35,830 nt of DNA, from NCBI GenBank assembly GCA_045863855.1, contig BTVV01000058.1:1-35830 (forward strand). Reading direction: 5' to 3'. Each line of letters begins with the position of its first letter. Within the stretch, counting starts at the first letter, position 1. Under the pieces are notes generated by a model. That model did not search any database, was not told the origin of the DNA, and saw only the letters and a list, made by a program, of their open reading frames with translations. The translations under genes and the position numbers were made by a program. Shown here piece after piece: positions 17,805 through 26,986 of the stretch. This DNA is from Planctomycetota bacterium. Lineage in GTDB: Bacteria > Planctomycetota > SZUA-567 > H5-PLA8.

Positions 17805-18671
17805 TCAGCGGCCGGCCAGGATCGCCGCGCGGTATTCCTGGGGCGAAAGCCCCTCTTCCTGCCGGAAGAGCCGCGCGAAGTAGCGCGGATCGTCGAAGCC
17901 GCAGGCGCGCGAGACGGCGGCGATGGGTTGCTGCGGGTCGAGCAAGAGCCGCCGCGCGAGCGTCAGGCGCCGCCGGCGGATCACGTCCAGCGGACCGCGC
18001 CCGGTTACCTCGCGGCAAAGCCGGCGAAAGTGCGGTTCGCTCAAGCCGGCCGCCGCGGCCAGATCGCCCGCCGCGAGTTGCGGATCGCCGAGGCGCTTAT
18101 CGAGCACATCCAGCGCGCGGCGGACGCGCCATTCGTTGACGCTGGAGCCCAGCGCTTCCGGGTCGGCGCCTTCGCGGGAGCCGGCCGGGCGCAGGGGGCC
18201 GTCGCACAACAGCGCCATGAGATTGAGAAACGCGCCGCGCCAGCGCAGGCGGCACCACGGCGAACCGGGTTTGACCGCGCGGGCGATATCGAGCATGAAC
18301 TTTCCGGCAGGCGTGCCGAGGCCCAGATGCAGCGGGTTCGGGAAAGGCCGCGCGCCGGCCAGCCGCACGTCGCCCAGCGGTTGGCGCTGCTCGGTGTCGA
18401 AGTCGAAATGTATGAAGCAGTGCCACGTGCCGTAGGGCCCCCACTGGAAGGCGTGGCGGTGCTTGGGCCGCAGGAGGTACAAGTCGCCGGGCACCAGCCC
18501 CCGGCGTCCCGCGTCGTCCTCGTACCACCCGCCGTGGCTGGTGATCAGGACGAACTCGTGATCGGGTAGTTCGCGCGGTCCGACCGTGCCGCGCGCGAAG
18601 CCGGGGTGGTGTTCCCAGCGCCGGATGTGCGGGCGCAGCGCGTAGGGATCCAGCAGGGTCTCGTCGGCCAT
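17805..18671 (-). CDS. AraC family transcriptional regulator
   Basis: Cupin-like N-terminus; LAAAAGLSEPHFRRLCREVTG...IAAVSRACGFDDPRYFARLFRQEEGLSPQEYR. Confidence 0.9.
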   Translation of the reverse strand: MADETLLDPYALRPHIRRWEHHPGFARGTVGPRELPDHEFVLITSHGGWYEDDAGRRGLVPGDLYLLRPKHRHAFQWGPYGTWHCFIHFDFDTEQRQPLGDVRLAGARPFPNPLHLGLGTPAGKFMLDIARAVKPGSPWCRLRWRGAFLNLMALLCDGPLRPAGSREGADPEALGSSVNEWRVRRALDVLDKRLGDPQLAAGDLAAAAGLSEPHFRRLCREVTGRGPLDVIRRRRLTLARRLLLDPQQPIAAVSRACGFDDPRYFARLFRQEEGLSPQEYRAAILAGR

Positions 18672-18725
18672 GGGCAATCCGTGGGCTATGCGGCGGTTGC
18701 CGCGCATGCTAATCTCGAACTCGCG

Positions 18726-19403
18726 ATGGAAGCAAGCACCCCGGAGCCCCGCGTGGCCAAGCTAGGCGATCTATCCCTGCACGACTTTCTCGCACGGCTC
18801 TCGGCGCGCGAGCCGGCGCCGGGCGGCGGCGCGGCGGCCGCATTGGCCGGCGCGACGGGCGCGGCGTTGGGCGCCATGTGCGCCGCCTACACATCGGGCG
18901 AGAAGTTCCAGGCGGTGGAAGCTCAGGCCCGGGTCCTGGAAGCGCGCTTCGCCGAATTGCGCGATCGCGTCATGGCGCTGCTCGAACGCGATGCCCAGGC
19001 GTACGCCGGGTGGGCGGCCGCGCGGCAATGGCCCAAGGCTTCCGAGCCTGAAAAGAAGGCGCGCCGCGCCGCGCTGGCGCGCGCGAAGGAGGAATCTACC
19101 GCGGTTCCGGAGGCGCTGCTGGCCGCCGCCGAGGACGGTTTGAACGCCCTCGCCGAATTGGGGCCGCTGTGCAATCCCAGCCTGCTGGCCGACGTACCGG
19201 TCGCCGCACAGCTATTCGAAGCCGCCGCCCGCGGCGCTTGCACTCAGGTGCTGGGCAATCTGGGCCAGCCGCAGCCCAGCTCGCCCGAAGCCGCCCGGGG
19301 GGCGGCCGCCTTCGAACGATTGGCGCGCTGCATCGCCTTGCGCGGAGATGTCGAGGCGGCGGTGATGAAGAGTTGGGGCTGGGCGGACGATACCGGATCA
19401 TGA
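18726..19403 (+). CDS. Cyclodeaminase/cyclohydrolase family protein (FTCD C-terminal-like)
   Basis: SLHDFLARLSAREPAPGGGAAAALAGATGAALGAMCA motif, D..AY, ..VP.., NPSLLADV. Confidence 0.88.
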   Translation: MEASTPEPRVAKLGDLSLHDFLARLSAREPAPGGGAAAALAGATGAALGAMCAAYTSGEKFQAVEAQARVLEARFAELRDRVMALLERDAQAYAGWAAARQWPKASEPEKKARRAALARAKEESTAVPEALLAAAEDGLNALAELGPLCNPSLLADVPVAAQLFEAAARGACTQVLGNLGQPQPSSPEAARGAAAFERLARCIALRGDVEAAVMKSWGWADDTGS

Positions 19404-20455
19404 ACGATCGCCTGCGGACCGCCGGCCTGGTGCTGGCCTTGGCGGCATGCGCCCTGGCCGGGTGCAGCCGCAAGCCGTCCAAAGAGCCCAAAGTCTGGGC
19501 CGACCGCATGGACGCCGAGGCCAACGAACGGCGCCTGTTGATGGCTCAGATCGTGGACGATCCGCACGACCTGCAGGCTGCCGCCGCCCTGGAAGGCAAG
19601 GCCTACAAGCACCTTCTGAAGCTCTGCGCCGCGAACCCCGACGAAACGAAGCTCGACGACAAGAAAAACGAGCAAGCCACCTTCGAGAACCTGCTCAAGC
19701 ATCCGCACCTCTTTCGCGGCGAACTGGCCGGCGTCAAGAACGCGGTGGTGATGGAGGTCGAACAGGCCAAGCTGCCGGCCGAGTACGGGCTGCCGGGCTA
19801 CACGGTGCTGCCGGCGATCCTGGTCGCCGGGAGCCCGCCGTACGTCCAGGTCTACGAACTGCGCATTCTGTGCCCGCCCGGTTCCACGCTCTACGCGCAG
19901 CTTAAGAAGGGGATCGAGGAAGACAAGAATCCCGTGATGCGCGTGACGGGGTACTTCATGAAGAACCACGTCAAGCGCACCAACCGCGCGAACGAACCGC
20001 CCTGGCAGCGCCCGCTGCTGGTCTGCCCCGAGCCCACCTTCCGGCGCGTGAACCCCACCTATCCGGCTATGTCGGAGTTGCAGCACAGCGACGCCTGGGA
20101 CTTGCTGCCCTCGGTGCGCGTCGATGCGCCCCGCAGCGAAGAACGGATGGTCGTGGAACTCGTCGGGCGCTCGTCCGGCAGCCGCGCTCAGGATGCCCGT
20201 GAGTTCGCGCGCGTGGACGGGCAGCTGGCGGCGCTGGACGACAAGGCCTTCGTGGCCCAGCGCGTGCAGGCTTTCCGAGCGCGGCTGCCGCAGGATCATC
20301 TCCTGTCGGCGGTGGTGCTCCGTTCGTCCGCTGCGACGGCCGGGAGCATCTCATCTATGGTCGAAGCGCTGGCCGCGGCCGGCATCAAGAAGATTTACGT
20401 GAAGGACGAAGCCGAGATGCTGGCGGTGGCCGACCGCGACCTGAAGAAGCGCTAA
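19400..20455 (+). CDS. Hypothetical lipoprotein (351 aa)
   Basis: MNDRLRTAGLVLALAACALAG|C lipobox; ATGA overlap with the upstream stop; strongly GC3-biased codons. Confidence 0.8.
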   Translation: MNDRLRTAGLVLALAACALAGCSRKPSKEPKVWADRMDAEANERRLLMAQIVDDPHDLQAAAALEGKAYKHLLKLCAANPDETKLDDKKNEQATFENLLKHPHLFRGELAGVKNAVVMEVEQAKLPAEYGLPGYTVLPAILVAGSPPYVQVYELRILCPPGSTLYAQLKKGIEEDKNPVMRVTGYFMKNHVKRTNRANEPPWQRPLLVCPEPTFRRVNPTYPAMSELQHSDAWDLLPSVRVDAPRSEERMVVELVGRSSGSRAQDAREFARVDGQLAALDDKAFVAQRVQAFRARLPQDHLLSAVVLRSSAATAGSISSMVEALAAAGIKKIYVKDEAEMLAVADRDLKKR

Positions 20456-20461
20456 GAGCCG

Positions 20462-21328
20462 CTAAGTCTTCGCGGGAACGCTCACCCGTTCGTTGTCGAT
20501 CAGCCGAACGCTCCCGAACTTGACCGCCAGCGCGAGCAGCACTTCGCCTTCGATCTTCTGCAAGTCGGCGAAATTGAGCGCATCGACGACGGCGACGTAG
20601 TCGATCTCGCCGCTGGTGTGCGCTTCGAGCCGTTCGGCCATCTCGCCGGCGAGCTTAAGGCCCTCGCGTTCGCCGGCCGCGATCTTGGCCTTCGCTTCGC
20701 CCAGCACCTTGCTCAGCCAGACCGCTTCCTGGCGGTGCTGCGGCGTCAGCCGGACGTTGCGGCTGCTGCACGCCAGGCCGTCCGCTTCGCGCACGATCGG
20801 GCAGGGGACGATGGCGCAGCCGAGGTTCAGGTCGCGCGCCACCACTTCGATGATGCGCAACTGCTGGTAATCCTTCTGCCCGAAGTACGCGCGGTCGGGG
20901 CGGACGATGCTGAGCAGCTTCGTGACGACCGTGCAGACTCCGCGGAAATGCCCGGGGCGCGAAAGACCGCACAGCGCGTCGGCCAGTTCGCCCACTTCCA
21001 CCCACGTGCGCGCTTCCGGATCGTACATCGCCGAGTCGTCGGGCGCGTAGATCGCGTCGGCGCCGGCTTTCTCCAGCAGCGCGCGGTCCGCATCGAAGGT
21101 GCGCGGGTACTTCTTCAGGTCGTCGGGGTTATCGAACTGGGTCGGGTTCACGTAGACGCTCACGACCACCTTGGCATTCTCGGCGCGGGCGCGTTCGACG
21201 AGCGTGACGTGGCCCTTGTGCAAAGCGCCCATCGTCGGGACGAAGCCGATGGTGTGTCCGTCGCGCTGCGCGGTTTTCGACCACGCGAGCATCGCGGCGG
21301 GGGTGCGGAGAATGTCGGGTGCGGGCAT
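20462..21328 (-). CDS. panC: Pantoate--beta-alanine ligase
   Basis: GFVPTMGALHKGH, VNPTQF, YPRT, RPGHFRGV, FGQKDYQQ, READGLACSSRN, VRLIDN. Confidence 0.97.
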   Translation of the reverse strand: MPAPDILRTPAAMLAWSKTAQRDGHTIGFVPTMGALHKGHVTLVERARAENAKVVVSVYVNPTQFDNPDDLKKYPRTFDADRALLEKAGADAIYAPDDSAMYDPEARTWVEVGELADALCGLSRPGHFRGVCTVVTKLLSIVRPDRAYFGQKDYQQLRIIEVVARDLNLGCAIVPCPIVREADGLACSSRNVRLTPQHRQEAVWLSKVLGEAKAKIAAGEREGLKLAGEMAERLEAHTSGEIDYVAVVDALNFADLQKIEGEVLLALAVKFGSVRLIDNERVSVPAKT

Positions 21329-21380
21329 GGTTACCTCGTAGGTTGGAGCAACACGAACACGTCGGCGCCGGCTGCGAGGA

Positions 21381-21409
21381 AGAATGACGCGGATCGCCGC
21401 GCGGTGCAA
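21381..21409 (-). promoter_or_regulatory. Candidate sigma70 promoter of panC
   Basis: Minus strand TTGCAC-N17-CATTCT, about 50 nt before the start codon. Confidence 0.35.
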
Positions 21410-21495
21410 GTTCAGTGCGGCGACTTATTCGAGACCGGGTCGATTGCGCGTTACCTTTAATGGAATTCATGGGTAAGTAGTGAAAGAGGTGGCCC

Positions 21496-21804
21496 ATGGC
21501 ATCACCCGCCAACCCGACGGATCCTCGCAAAGATGACAATGGTTTCGGACTGGAGCACCTGGATCTGCAAGTGCTGACTGTTGCTCCTGAAGCGCTTGCT
21601 CTCATCTCCGTGGAAACTTGCCGCGAACTGGACGTAGTACCCGTTGAGTTGTTTGACCAAGTGTTGACGTTGGCGATTCCGAATCTGGAAGTGTTGATGC
21701 AACTTAGGCCGGAGCACTTTACCTTTTCTGTTCAGATTGAGCCCGTTCGGGCGTCCCGTGAGTCCATTCGCTTAACCATCGAGCGCCTCTATGGACACCC
21801 CTAA
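21496..21804 (+). CDS. Stand-alone GspE/PilB N-terminal (T2SSE_N-type) domain protein, 102 aa
   Basis: LDLQVLTVAPEALALISVETCRELDVVPVELFDQVLTLAIPN...IEPVRASRESIRLTIERLYG aligns by eye with the matching segments of both downstream ATPases; GAGGT RBS. Confidence 0.75.
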   Translation: MASPANPTDPRKDDNGFGLEHLDLQVLTVAPEALALISVETCRELDVVPVELFDQVLTLAIPNLEVLMQLRPEHFTFSVQIEPVRASRESIRLTIERLYGHP

Positions 21805-22046
21805 CCACACGCGTCCGCACTGCAATGCACCAGTGCATTTTTGGGTGCACTTTTCAACCGTAATTCGGGCCTGCTGCGGCTCTCCCGAAATTCAAATAAG
21901 GTTGCCGCAACTCCGCTCCAATCGTATAGTTGCCAGTCGTTGGATGAGCCGTGACGCAGGTTACCGCGCGACGTGCTGAACGTGGCGCGCCGAGCGTTTA
22001 AGCGGTTTTGTAAACGTGCGTTACGCACGGGGGGACGCCAGACCAC

Positions 22047-23771
22047 ATGAGCGATCAACGGCGTTTCATCGGCGAGATACTGATGGACATGGGCTGCGTC
22101 TCGCAGGAAGACATCGACCGCGCCCTCGAAATGCAGATGAACGGCGACGCGCGCAAGATCGGCGAGATCTTCGTCGCCGAGGAACTCTGTTCCGTTTCGG
22201 ACATCACCGCCGCGCTGGCCGAGCAGTTCGGGATGGAGATGGTCGACCTCGCCGGGTTGGAGATTCCCGAAAACGTTACGGCGATGGTGCCCGAGCAGGT
22301 CTGCCGCGACAACCACGTGATGCCCATCGATATGTTCGATGGCGTTCTGACGCTGGCGATCTCCGATCCGCTGGACCTCCAAAGCCTCGACAACATCCGC
22401 TTCATGATCAACTGCCAGGTCGAGCCCGTGCTGTCGCCGCGCGACGCCATCGATACCGCCATTGACACCTACTACACCGACCGTTCCAACAAGCTCCGCG
22501 CCGAAATCGACGACCTTTCGCAGTCGCTCTCGCAGGGCGACATCGAGGTGATCGATACCGAGGCCAAGCGCGAGGAAGCCGAGCGCTGGGACGCCGAAGA
22601 CGACGACGCTCCGATCATCCGCCTCGTGCATCTGCTGATCCAGGAAGCGGTGAAGAACCGGGCCAGCGACATTCACATCGAACCGATGCTCGACCGCCTG
22701 CGCGTGCGCTACCGCATCGACGGCGTCTGCTACGAAGTCGACGCGCCGCAGAAGCGCCTGCAAGGCGCGGTGATCAGCCGCATCAAAATCATGGCCGACC
22801 TGCACGTCGAAGAGAAGCGCCGGCCGCAGGACGGCAAGATCCCGCTTAAGATGCTCGGCCGCGACCTCGACTTGCGCATTTCGTCGCTGCCCGCTTCGCA
22901 CGGCGAGTCGGTGGTGATGCGTATTCTGGACAAGAAGTCGATCAGCTTCGGTCTCGAAGAATTGGGCTTTTACGAAAGCGACATGAAGATTTTCCGCGGC
23001 CTGATTCGCAAGCCCAACGGGATCATGCTCATCACCGGCCCGACCGGTTCCGGTAAAACCACTACGCTCTATTCGGCGCTCAACGAACTGAACACCGCCG
23101 ACCGCAAGATCATCACCGTCGAAAACCCGGTGGAATACACCATCGGCGGGATCAACCAGTGCCAGGTCAACGCCGACGCGGGCATGACCTTCCAGAAGGC
23201 GCTGCGCGCGATGCTGCGCCAGGCGCCGAACGTGATTCTGGTCGGTGAAATCCGCGACAGCGAAACCGCCGAAATTGCCGTTCAGGCCGCGCTGACCGGG
23301 CACTTGGTATTCAGCACGCTGCACACCAACGACGCGCCCAGCTCCCTTTCGCGCCTGATCGACATGGGCATGGCGCCCTTCCTCGTGGCCAGTTCGATTC
23401 AGGCCGTGCAGGCGCAGCGCCTGATCCGAATGATCTGTCCGAACTGCAAGCAGCCGACCGAAGAAGACCCGCAGCGCCTGCGTTCGGTGGGCCTGCGTGA
23501 CGAACAGTTCCAGGGCAAGCAGCTTTACCGCGGCGCCGGCTGCCAGAACTGCAACGGCGTCGGCTTCCGCGGACGCAAAGGCATCTACGAAATCATGGTG
23601 ATGAACGGACGCCTCCGCGACATGTGCTTCAACAAAGCGACCACCGACGCGATCCGCGAACAGGCCTGCCGCGACGGCATGCATACCCTGCTCGACGACG
23701 GCTTGCGCAAGGTCTTGGACGGCTGGACGACGCTCGACGAGGTGATGGGCGAAGCCAAGCAGTACACGTAA
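22047..23771 (+). CDS. pilB: Type IV pilus/T2SS assembly ATPase (PilB/GspE family), copy 1
   Basis: MshEN-like N-terminus, ASDIHIEP, RRPQDG, GPTGSGKTT, LRQAPNVILVGEIRD, TGHLVFSTLHTN, CxxC...CxxC Zn site. Confidence 0.92.
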   Translation: MSDQRRFIGEILMDMGCVSQEDIDRALEMQMNGDARKIGEIFVAEELCSVSDITAALAEQFGMEMVDLAGLEIPENVTAMVPEQVCRDNHVMPIDMFDGVLTLAISDPLDLQSLDNIRFMINCQVEPVLSPRDAIDTAIDTYYTDRSNKLRAEIDDLSQSLSQGDIEVIDTEAKREEAERWDAEDDDAPIIRLVHLLIQEAVKNRASDIHIEPMLDRLRVRYRIDGVCYEVDAPQKRLQGAVISRIKIMADLHVEEKRRPQDGKIPLKMLGRDLDLRISSLPASHGESVVMRILDKKSISFGLEELGFYESDMKIFRGLIRKPNGIMLITGPTGSGKTTTLYSALNELNTADRKIITVENPVEYTIGGINQCQVNADAGMTFQKALRAMLRQAPNVILVGEIRDSETAEIAVQAALTGHLVFSTLHTNDAPSSLSRLIDMGMAPFLVASSIQAVQAQRLIRMICPNCKQPTEEDPQRLRSVGLRDEQFQGKQLYRGAGCQNCNGVGFRGRKGIYEIMVMNGRLRDMCFNKATTDAIREQACRDGMHTLLDDGLRKVLDGWTTLDEVMGEAKQYT

Positions 23772-23813
23772 CGCCGCAACCGGACAACGAGCACGACCTC
23801 ACGGGGAACCGAA

Positions 23814-25052
23814 ATGGGCATGCAACCGCAACAACCCGGCCAGAGTCCCGCGCAGCGCAGCGCGCCGGGCGCCACGCCTTCGGCCTCGGGGTCCGCGCGG
23901 CACGCTGCGCCCATGGCGGGCGAATCCGGTGGAGCGGTCCAAACCGGAGCGGCCACCGGCGGAGCCAAGGCCGATATCGCCCGGCTGCTCGAAGCGATGC
24001 TCAAGTACGACGCGTCGGACTTGCATCTGGCGGTGGGGCGCCCGCCGGCGGTACGCGTGCGCGGCGAACTGCACAATCTGGGCAACAACCCGCTCGTGCC
24101 CGACGACACGCTTAAGCTGATGAAGTCGATCACCAGCGACCGCCATCAGCAGGAACTGGCCGAACGCGGCGGCGCCGACTTCGGCTTCGCCTACGCCGAT
24201 AAGGCCCGCTTCCGCGTCTCCGTCTTCAAGCAGAAGGGCGTCGTCGGCGTGGTGCTGCGCATGATTCCCAACCGGCTGCGCAGCTTCGACGAGATCGGGC
24301 TGCCCGCCACGGTCAAAGACCTCTGCCTGCGTCCGCGCGGTCTGGTGCTGGTCACCGGACCGACCGGCAGCGGCAAGACCTCCACGCTTGCGACGATGAT
24401 CGACTTCATCAATACCGAGCGCAGCGACCACATCATCACGATCGAGGATCCCATCGAGTATTACCACCAGCACAAGAAGTGCGTGGTGACCCAGCGCGAA
24501 CTGCACGCCGACGTGCCGGACTTCCCCGAAGCGCTGCGCCGCGCGCTGCGCCAGGACCCCGACGTCATCCTCGTCGGCGAAATGCGCGACCTGGAGACCA
24601 TCTCCACCGCGATTACCGCGGCCGAAACCGGGCACTTGGTCTTCGGTACGCTGCATACCACCGGCGCGGCCGAGACCGTCGACCGTATCGTCGACGCCTT
24701 CCCGACCAACCAGCAGGCGCAGATCCGCACCCAGTTGGCGGCTTCGCTGAAAGCCGTGGTTTCGCAGTCCCTGCTGCCCACCGCGGATAACAAAGGACGC
24801 GTCGCCGCCTTCGAAATGATGTTCGTCAACGATGCGATGGAGTCCCTGATCCGTAAGGGCGAGACCTACAAAATCAACTCCCACATCCAGACGGGCGCCA
24901 AGGACGGCAATATCCTGCTCGACGACTTCCTGTTCAACCTCTGGACCCGGCAGCGCATCACGTACAACGAGATGGTGCGCAAGTGCGCCGACCCGATCGC
25001 AGTCGAAAACAAGGTTCGCGAATACACCGAAGCGATGAAGCGGCGCAAGTAA
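23814..25052 (+). CDS. pilT: Type IV pilus retraction ATPase
   Basis: ASDLHL, RFRVSVF, GPTGSGKTSTLA, TIEDPIEY, LRQDPDVILVGEMRD, AAETGHLVFGTLHT, AIRNLIRE-like AMESLIRK; exact start uncertain because of a low-complexity leader. Confidence 0.93.
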   Translation: MGMQPQQPGQSPAQRSAPGATPSASGSARHAAPMAGESGGAVQTGAATGGAKADIARLLEAMLKYDASDLHLAVGRPPAVRVRGELHNLGNNPLVPDDTLKLMKSITSDRHQQELAERGGADFGFAYADKARFRVSVFKQKGVVGVVLRMIPNRLRSFDEIGLPATVKDLCLRPRGLVLVTGPTGSGKTSTLATMIDFINTERSDHIITIEDPIEYYHQHKKCVVTQRELHADVPDFPEALRRALRQDPDVILVGEMRDLETISTAITAAETGHLVFGTLHTTGAAETVDRIVDAFPTNQQAQIRTQLAASLKAVVSQSLLPTADNKGRVAAFEMMFVNDAMESLIRKGETYKINSHIQTGAKDGNILLDDFLFNLWTRQRITYNEMVRKCADPIAVENKVREYTEAMKRRK

Positions 25053-25082
25053 GCGGCTCTGACATAGAAGCGAGGTTTCGCA

Positions 25083-26843
25083 GTGGCCACATTCGAGGAA
25101 GAACCCATGTCGCTGGCGGTGGGCGGCGGAGACGATGGCTACGAAGAGCGCCGTCCGATCGGGCAGATCCTGATCGAAATGGGCGTGTTGGACGAGCAGC
25201 AACTCGAACAGGGACTGGCCGCGCAAAACGAAAAAGGCGGCGTGCTCGGACAGATCCTCGTCGAGTTGGGATTCATCTCCAAGGAGGACGTGCTCCAGGC
25301 ACTGGCCGTGCAGCACCAGATGCCGGTGGTGAACCTGAGCGAGCTGGAGATCCCCACAGAAGTCGTGAAGATGGTCTCCGTCGATATGGCGCAGATGTAC
25401 CAGATCGTGCCGATCGATTTCGCCGACGGCGTGTTGACCGTGGCCATGGCCGATCCGCGCAACGTCAACGCGCTGGACGACCTGCGCTTCATCCTCAATT
25501 GCGGTGTGCAGGGCGCCGTCGCTTCGGAAGATCAGATCACCTCGACCATCGAGCGGCTTTTCGGATCCGACCGCGACCAGATCAAGGAACTGATGGAAGG
25601 CCTGAAGGCCGAGGACCTCGACCTGCCCCTCGATACGGGCAAGATGGACGGCAAGCGTATCGAAGACATGGTCAACGCGCCGCCGGTCGTGCGCTTCTTG
25701 AATCTCGTGCTCCTGACCGCCATCAAAGACCAGGCCTCGGACGTTCACTTCGAACCGTTCGAGAACGAATTCCGCATCCGTTACCGCATTGACGGCACGC
25801 TGCTTGAAATCACGCCGCCGCCCAAGCAACTCGCCTTGGCCATCGTCAGCCGTATTAAGGTCATGTCGAACATGGACATTGCCGAGCGGCGCGTACCGCA
25901 GGACAACCGCATCGAGCTGGTGGTCGGCGGCAATCCCATCGACTTGCGCGTCTCGACGCTGCCCACCGTGTTCGGCGAATCGGTCGTGATGCGCGTACTC
26001 GACCGCAGCGTCGTCAGTCTGGACCTCGAACGCTTGGGCATGCGCGACGAGGAAATGGAGTTTTTCCGCGGCTGCGTCGAACAGCCCAACGGCATCGTGC
26101 TCGTCACCGGCCCCACCGGCTCCGGCAAGACCACGACCCTGTATTCGCTCCTGAACGAAGCCAACACGCCCGAAGTGAAGATCATCACGACCGAGGACCC
26201 CGTCGAGTACGACTTGGACGGCATCATCCAGGTGCCCATCGACGAGTCCATCGGCGTGACCTATTCGGCCTGTTTGCGCTCGATCCTGCGCCAAGACCCG
26301 GACAAGATCCTGGTCGGCGAAATCCGCGACTTGGAAACCGCCGAAATCGCCATCGAAGCCTCGCTGACCGGGCACTTGGTCTTCAGCACGCTGCACACCA
26401 ACGACGCGCCCAGCACCATTACACGTCTGCTCGACATGGGCATCGAAGCGTTCTTGGCCGCGGCCACGCTCTACGCCGTCGTGGCCCAGCGCCTCGTCCG
26501 CTGCGTTTGTTCCAAGTGCAAAGATACGTACATGCCCAGCGAGGAGCAGCTCCTTCAGGTCAACCTCCGTGCCGAGGATCTGGAAGGCCGGAACTTCTAC
26601 TACGGGCGGCGCTGCGAGAACTGCAACAAGACCGGCTACCGCGGCCGTAACGCGATCTTCGAGATCATGCCCATCGACAGCAAGATGCGCGAACTGATCT
26701 TGCAGAAGAAGTCCACCGAAGTGATCCGCGCCGAAGCCCAGGCCGCCGGCATGCGCACCTTGCGCGAATCCGGCATCCTCAAAATTTTCGACGGCATCAC
26801 GACCATCGAAGAGGTCATTCGCGAGACCCTGGCGTTCGAGTAA
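25083..26843 (+). CDS. pilB: Type IV pilus/T2SS assembly ATPase (PilB/GspE family), copy 2
   Basis: MshEN-like N-terminus, ASDVHFEPFE, ERRVPQD, GPTGSGKTT, LRQDPDKILVGEIRD, tetracysteine Zn site; start GTG 25083 or ATG 25107. Confidence 0.92.
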   Translation: MATFEEEPMSLAVGGGDDGYEERRPIGQILIEMGVLDEQQLEQGLAAQNEKGGVLGQILVELGFISKEDVLQALAVQHQMPVVNLSELEIPTEVVKMVSVDMAQMYQIVPIDFADGVLTVAMADPRNVNALDDLRFILNCGVQGAVASEDQITSTIERLFGSDRDQIKELMEGLKAEDLDLPLDTGKMDGKRIEDMVNAPPVVRFLNLVLLTAIKDQASDVHFEPFENEFRIRYRIDGTLLEITPPPKQLALAIVSRIKVMSNMDIAERRVPQDNRIELVVGGNPIDLRVSTLPTVFGESVVMRVLDRSVVSLDLERLGMRDEEMEFFRGCVEQPNGIVLVTGPTGSGKTTTLYSLLNEANTPEVKIITTEDPVEYDLDGIIQVPIDESIGVTYSACLRSILRQDPDKILVGEIRDLETAEIAIEASLTGHLVFSTLHTNDAPSTITRLLDMGIEAFLAAATLYAVVAQRLVRCVCSKCKDTYMPSEEQLLQVNLRAEDLEGRNFYYGRRCENCNKTGYRGRNAIFEIMPIDSKMRELILQKKSTEVIRAEAQAAGMRTLRESGILKIFDGITTIEEVIRETLAFE

Positions 26844-26986
26844 GCGGGCGGCTAACCTGTTGGTCCGAAAAGAGTTGAATTGGGGTTTCGGAAACGGCGC
26901 CGCTTTTCCGATCCCAAGAAGCGGTGAAGAACCCAAGGCGCCTTGGCGTCCTGTTGGCGATTTCCAGCCTTCAAGGAGCGGCAACC

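Noticed and set aside
23291..26414. Near-identical ~50-bp stretch shared by pilB1 and pilB2
   Set aside because: It encodes the conserved LTGHLVFSTLHTNDAPS motif; protein constraint plus codon bias explains it without a mobile repeat.
23799..26984. 1061-aa minus-strand ORF (likewise 21801-23684, 26852-29104, 31971-33905, 15577-17088 and similar)
   Set aside because: Antisense shadows of well-supported genes, expected from high GC3 codon bias; no motifs of their own.
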